In this document: in pieces, positions 59,134 to 64,000 of the stretch
Layout of the letters: every line of letters starts with the position of its first letter
How positions within the stretch are numbered: the stretch's first letter is position 1
DNA from: a virus
Reading direction: 5' to 3' (one strand)
DNA length: 64,000 nucleotides
IMG/VR virus record: IMGVR_UViG_3300037104_000892
Span: 5,145 to 69,144 of that record
Program-made: the position numbers and the translations under genes
Notes under the pieces: model-generated
What the model saw: the letters and a program-made list of their open reading frames with translations, nothing else
Told to the model about the DNA's origin: nothing
Databases searched by the model: none

Positions 59134-59682
59134 TCATTCTGCAAGATAATTTTCAAATTTAGTTGCTGCTTTTTCAATTCTTTCATCGTGATTAAAAGCC
59201 CAATCGTATTTTCCGCTGAAAACCTGATCAAGCGGAATCCATTTAACTATGTCTACTTCATGATCTTTGTATTTTTCAATATCTCTCGGCAATTCTGCAC
59301 CAGAAAAATCATAAATCATACAATACCAAACTACAATGTTTTGTCTATTTTCGCCGGGTTTTGTATGTGTATAAAAAGAATCTTCATCATTATTAAATGT
59401 TAAATATCTTTTATAATCATTTAGATAAAATGAAGTTTCTTCATAAATTTCTCTGGTTATAGCTTCGAATCCATCTTCATCGTAATCGATATAGCCTGAA
59501 GGACATGCCCATTTTCCGGGTCCATCTGGCATCATTATTGATCTTTTTTCGGCTAAGACAAAGATGTTATCTTTGTATATCCCGAAGATAACTGCGCCAA
59601 TGGCTGTAGAACGGGATTCCCATACTTCTCGATTGCCAATTTTATGGACGATATTAGGACGATTTTTAAATGTAGGTTTCAT
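59134..59682 (-). CDS. Nudix hydrolase
   Basis: W..P.GYID.DE....A..RE..EET; AF.H. Confidence 0.82.
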   Translation of the reverse strand: MKPTFKNRPNIVHKIGNREVWESRSTAIGAVIFGIYKDNIFVLAEKRSIMMPDGPGKWACPSGYIDYDEDGFEAITREIYEETSFYLNDYKRYLTFNNDEDSFYTHTKPGENRQNIVVWYCMIYDFSGAELPRDIEKYKDHEVDIVKWIPLDQVFSGKYDWAFNHDERIEKAATKFENYLAE

Positions 59683-59801
59683 AAAATTAAATTTTATTAA
59701 ATTCGATAATAGCTTTATCAGCTCTGTGTTGTGCTATTTTTTTATTAATTGTTAATCCGATAGCAATTACTGCTAATATAATTAGTCTAATTACAATAAT
59801 T

Positions 59802-60509
59802 TTAATTTTTTTGTTCATAATCATGATATTTAAATATAACTGTTTTAATTTTATTTTTTCTGTTTTTACACATGTTGCATATTTCCCATGATGAATATCC
59901 TGTTTCCTTTGAAGCCTGCGCTATAGATATAAATGGCTGTAAATAATTTCCTTCAAGATCATACATGTCTATAGCTTTTTGATTATATGTTGGTTTTCCT
60001 ACTTTTGCTTCTGTAACTGCTTTTATCATATTAGCTTTATGTGTTACAGACATTTTCTTTCCCGTTTTTCCTTTACTTATATTTTTACAAGTTTCTTCAG
60101 AACGTTTTTTATTTCTTATTAAATTTATTCTTGTTTCTTTATCTTTTTCGTTTAAATTATCCCAATATTTTTTAACAGCTTTACTTCTGTTTGTTCGTGT
60201 GTTTTCTTTATTAACACTAAAAGAAAATGTATCGCCTCCCGTTCCTCCTTCTGTTAAGTTGTAACCATTTGGCTGTAATGTATTTTTTTCTTTAATCCAG
60301 AAAATTTCTTGTATGTTTAAAATTTCATCCGTTTCACAAAATTCAAGAATTTCTTTTTTAAAATTTTCTTTTCCATATTTTGTTACAGCTTTATGTAATA
60401 AATAGCCTGAACCTATATACGTATCTTTTTTATTATCTTCTAGATGTTGTTTTCCGACGTATTGTTTTTTGTTAACCAAATTTGTTGTTAAATAAATTAT
60501 TTTTTTCAT
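59802..60509 (-). CDS. GIY-YIG homing endonuclease with NUMOD1
   Basis: IIYLTTN..N.K.YVG; C-terminal YDLEG.....F.SI..A. Confidence 0.85.
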   Translation of the reverse strand: MKKIIYLTTNLVNKKQYVGKQHLEDNKKDTYIGSGYLLHKAVTKYGKENFKKEILEFCETDEILNIQEIFWIKEKNTLQPNGYNLTEGGTGGDTFSFSVNKENTRTNRSKAVKKYWDNLNEKDKETRINLIRNKKRSEETCKNISKGKTGKKMSVTHKANMIKAVTEAKVGKPTYNQKAIDMYDLEGNYLQPFISIAQASKETGYSSWEICNMCKNRKNKIKTVIFKYHDYEQKN

Positions 60510-60570
60510 AATATAAAGTGATGCAATGTTTTATTTTATTTATTCATTGCATCATCTTAGGTTTATATAC

Positions 60571-61662
60571 TTATTGCAAATTGTAGAAGTGTTTTCTTAA
60601 TTCAAGAAGTAAATTTAACGTAAACTCTATATCTACTTTTTCAGGAAGAGAACTTTTGGCACATTTTTCATCAAGAGATGCTATTTTGTCTTCTGCCATT
60701 TTAAGAAGATATTCATATTCCATTTCGCCTCTACGTATAGTCATCAAAAGTTCTATGTGTTCTTTGGGCCTTCTAACTATTAGTTCACCCTTATCAAGCA
60801 TTTCTGCAACCATTTCTAATAATCTCATACAATGCATAAGATTTTTACTATCATAGTTCTTACCATGATCTTTGTTCATTTTGAACCTGTTCGGATTGCG
60901 TTCCTTAAGCCAAGTAGTAAATTCAAGATACTTTTTGCAATGAGTTGAATATCCATCAGCATTAAAATACAAATTTGCAACTAAATCCAAACCTTTAGGT
61001 ATTGAAAATAATTGAACTTGATTAGCTTTTTCTTCATCTGAAACAAGTCCCCAAACTGGTTCTTCATTATAAAACATGGCAAATAAATTGTGACCATGAT
61101 CTACTGCAGCAAGACCGTAGTTTTTCTGAGTATCATTTCTATGAAGACGAGTTAATTGCATCCAATCATTAAATAGCATTGAACCATTTCCATGAAGAAC
61201 GTAGCAAAAATCAAGAACGTTTTTACGAACCATTTCATTTTCTTCCCAGTTCATTTTCTTGTTATAACCACGAGCTTTCTGTATTTGATCTATTGCATAA
61301 CCTGCAAAAGTCCAACGAACTCTTTTGGTAAGAAATTTATCTTTTGCATTTTCAAGTAATTTGAACATGTCATCACGATATATAACGCAATCTTCAGGAG
61401 CTGCAAGAAGTTCGAGTATGTTAGGATTGTTTCCTATAAGAAGAAACATAAAACGTCCAAGTTCATAAAAGGTTGTGTCATTAGTTTCATCAGAAACTTG
61501 ATCAACATAACCATACTTAAGGGCATCTTCAAGAGGCTGAACAAAAACTCCCCTTATGTCAGTGTCTGACTGAGGGGTGTTAGTTCCATAAGCCTGTGAA
61601 CCCATTATAGCTTCGAATATTATGAGACCTTTGTCTCGAAGTTCTTGTATTGTATAAGTCAT
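60571..61662 (-). CDS. Pol-beta superfamily nucleotidyltransferase (RlaP/YcgL-like)
   Basis: GSQAYGT.TP.SDTD.RG; NPN.LE.L; YD.KN.MH..RLL. Confidence 0.82.
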   Translation of the reverse strand: MTYTIQELRDKGLIIFEAIMGSQAYGTNTPQSDTDIRGVFVQPLEDALKYGYVDQVSDETNDTTFYELGRFMFLLIGNNPNILELLAAPEDCVIYRDDMFKLLENAKDKFLTKRVRWTFAGYAIDQIQKARGYNKKMNWEENEMVRKNVLDFCYVLHGNGSMLFNDWMQLTRLHRNDTQKNYGLAAVDHGHNLFAMFYNEEPVWGLVSDEEKANQVQLFSIPKGLDLVANLYFNADGYSTHCKKYLEFTTWLKERNPNRFKMNKDHGKNYDSKNLMHCMRLLEMVAEMLDKGELIVRRPKEHIELLMTIRRGEMEYEYLLKMAEDKIASLDEKCAKSSLPEKVDIEFTLNLLLELRKHFYNLQ

Positions 61663-64000
61663 ATTATATTATTGTAGGATATATCGGTTTATACTTACGA
61701 CATTGATATCTAAACTCTGTATTACCGTATGTAACAGTTATTAATACTGTTCCAGATATGTATTTCATAATCGTTAATTTTACCATTAGGCCATCACTAT
61801 CTGTGCCTATTGCTATAAAACCATTCCATCTATCATTATCATTATTAGTACCATCAGACCATTCCAATATTTTATTCAATTTATACGTATCTTTCCATTC
61901 GTTACCAATTGCAAATATACTGTCTGTTTTAAAGGTTATTAATGTACTATCTTTTTGCACTTTATTCCAATTTGGCCATTCCATTGTAGTATCGGCGCGT
62001 GAACGCTCTTTATACAAATCAGCTTTTAAGATAAATTGCGCACTAATTGATGCACATAAAATTAATAAATTAAACAATACCAGTAATTTTTTCATTAGTT
62101 TTAATTTTAATCCGAATAATTTGTATTATGTCCGAAATAACGATATATATCATTAAACATTCTGTTGCATTTAATGCGTGTATATCTTATTTTGACCTTT
62201 ATATTTTTTTTAACTTTTTTAGGTTTAACAGGATCATTTTCGTGTTGCATGTTATGACACAAAACTGCAAATCCTATTGCAATTCCAAATGCAACTATTG
62301 TTAAAACGATCATCAATTCATTAAGAGTTGCTGTCATTTCTTTTTTGTTTTAGGATTTTTCATCAAATCTGAAAACAAATCCGTTTTGTACTGTTGTTTG
62401 TCTCCAAATTTGCCTGATCCGAAAATGTCATCAAACATCCCCATTACATTGTCTTCTACAGTACATTTTGTAACTATAATGCACTGATATTCAATTCCGT
62501 ATATTTTTCTGCAATAATTGTCAAGTTTTGCTTTTGCGTGTAATCCGCTTAAACAATTTTTAACAATTATTTCTTTGTTGAAAAAATTCTGAAGTTTGCA
62601 ATGAACTTCATATTTCAATCTGTATGATTTTGGTGCGTCTGACATTTAAATTTCCTCCTGACTTGCATAAAATTTGTCCCAAGCTTCTGCTTCTGTATTT
62701 CCCCACTGTAAAACGATTTCAGCATCGATTTCCGAATGATAAGGGCTTACAAAAGCATAAATATTATCGCCTTTGGAAAAACGTTTCAAAAAGTTTTCCT
62801 GATCATCAATTCTCGCAATACCTTGTTTGTCAAGGAGATTTTGCAGTGTGCCTACCTTCTTAAAAGAAGTGTTGTATTTAAAGTATAGCATCTTAAAGAT
62901 GGTTTATGTCTGACATAACTTCTGCGTATGCAGTAAGTTTTCCTTCAATGAAATTTTTGAGAACCGGCTGGTCTTCATCAACTTTGTCCATTTCTTTAGA
63001 CATTTCTTCCTGACGAGCAAGAACTGCATCAATAACTTTTCCAGTTATTTGATCACTTTTTGAAGTTGTATAAGTTTTTTCAAAATCAACTTTTGCAGCT
63101 ATTGCGTCAGCAATATCGTGAAGATTAATGTTGGCGCAAAGTTTGCCGGCTAAAGACTTTTGAAGTACTTCAACCATGATTTCGTGTGCTCTATTATTTT
63201 CCATAATTAGTTTGATTACAAGATAAATATAATCATTTTTTCTGACACTAAAAAATTTTGATGGACTTATTTTTCGGGTTTATCATTACCTTTCTGAACT
63301 TCTTCGAAAGATTTAATTAAGCCAATTTCAAGGGCTCTTTCAAAATTGATAGTTGAGGTTTTTGTTTTAACGAAAACGTTAAAGCCGGTTGTTTTATTTC
63401 CAACAACAGAAAAGCTAACTATTTCAACTTTCTCATAATTTGCGGTTGATGTAATCTTTGCCTGTAATACATCGCCGGCAAAATATACTGTACCATCTTT
63501 GGCCATGTAAGAAGTATATGAACCTTTAAGATTTACGGAATCTTTACTCAAGTCATTGTACTTCAAATCCTGTGCAGAAACTGTTAATGTTAACACGAAG
63601 ATAGCTGATAATAAACATAACATCTTTTTCATTTTCTTTGTTTTTAATTGTTGTTAATTACAAGATAAATATAATCATTTTTTCTGACACGAAAAAATAT
63701 TTTTAACAGTTTTTTAACAGAAAATGAAAAATAATATAGCAGATACAACAATGATAAGGAATGCAAATTTTCCCCAAGAGAAACGATATCGTTTCCATGA
63801 ATAATATCCCGGGCCAAAGATTCCGTTATTTCCACGGGCTTCTACTTCTGTTAAGAATGTATCATAAAACCATCTAAGGCCTTTCCATCCATAATAAAGA
63901 GGAGCTAGAAGGCAAATTAAAAAGAAACGCCCTACAGTTGCTAATTTCTCCTGGGGCGTTGTTTTTCTTTTTTTGCGTTTTATACGTGGAATTTTTGTAT

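Noticed and set aside
1-64000. Genome-wide TAG (or TGA) reassignment suggested by the tRNA(CTA)
   Set aside because: Long conserved genes are intact in code 11, and several end at TAG or TGA at their expected C-termini; in-frame TAGs were noticed only in the 34.8-37.0 kb locus.

Overview
AT-rich, densely packed and almost entirely minus-strand segment of a large (jumbo-type) dsDNA phage. The host is probably Bacteroidota, judging from recurrent TAnnTTTG-type promoters, a TonB-dependent receptor and an OmpA/ice-binding island. It holds two large tRNA/ncRNA arrays (~2.97-7.9 kb and ~39.5-47.0 kb) and a small one (~34.06-34.35 kb), about 17 free-standing endonuclease genes, an NAD+ uptake/salvage cluster (TBDR, PnuC, NadR, NadD, PncA, NadE, macrodomain), Ro60/TROVE, RNA-repair-type enzymes, ribosomal protein bL12 and T4-like replication accessories. 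Main unexplained signals: (1) each large tRNA array is preceded by an unannotated leader peptide plus antiterminator/terminator, and the leader's codons match the tRNAs of that array, suggesting tRNA-depletion-sensing attenuation; (2) a dispersed family of about 9 Y-RNA-like elements grafts one conserved stem onto tRNA bodies in different and circularly permuted topologies, alongside Ro60; (3) two Pth2-like reading frames carry an amber codon in the same register, upstream of an amber-containing leader and a tRNA(CUA). All calls are by eye from the sequence and ORF track; no searches or folding programs were run.
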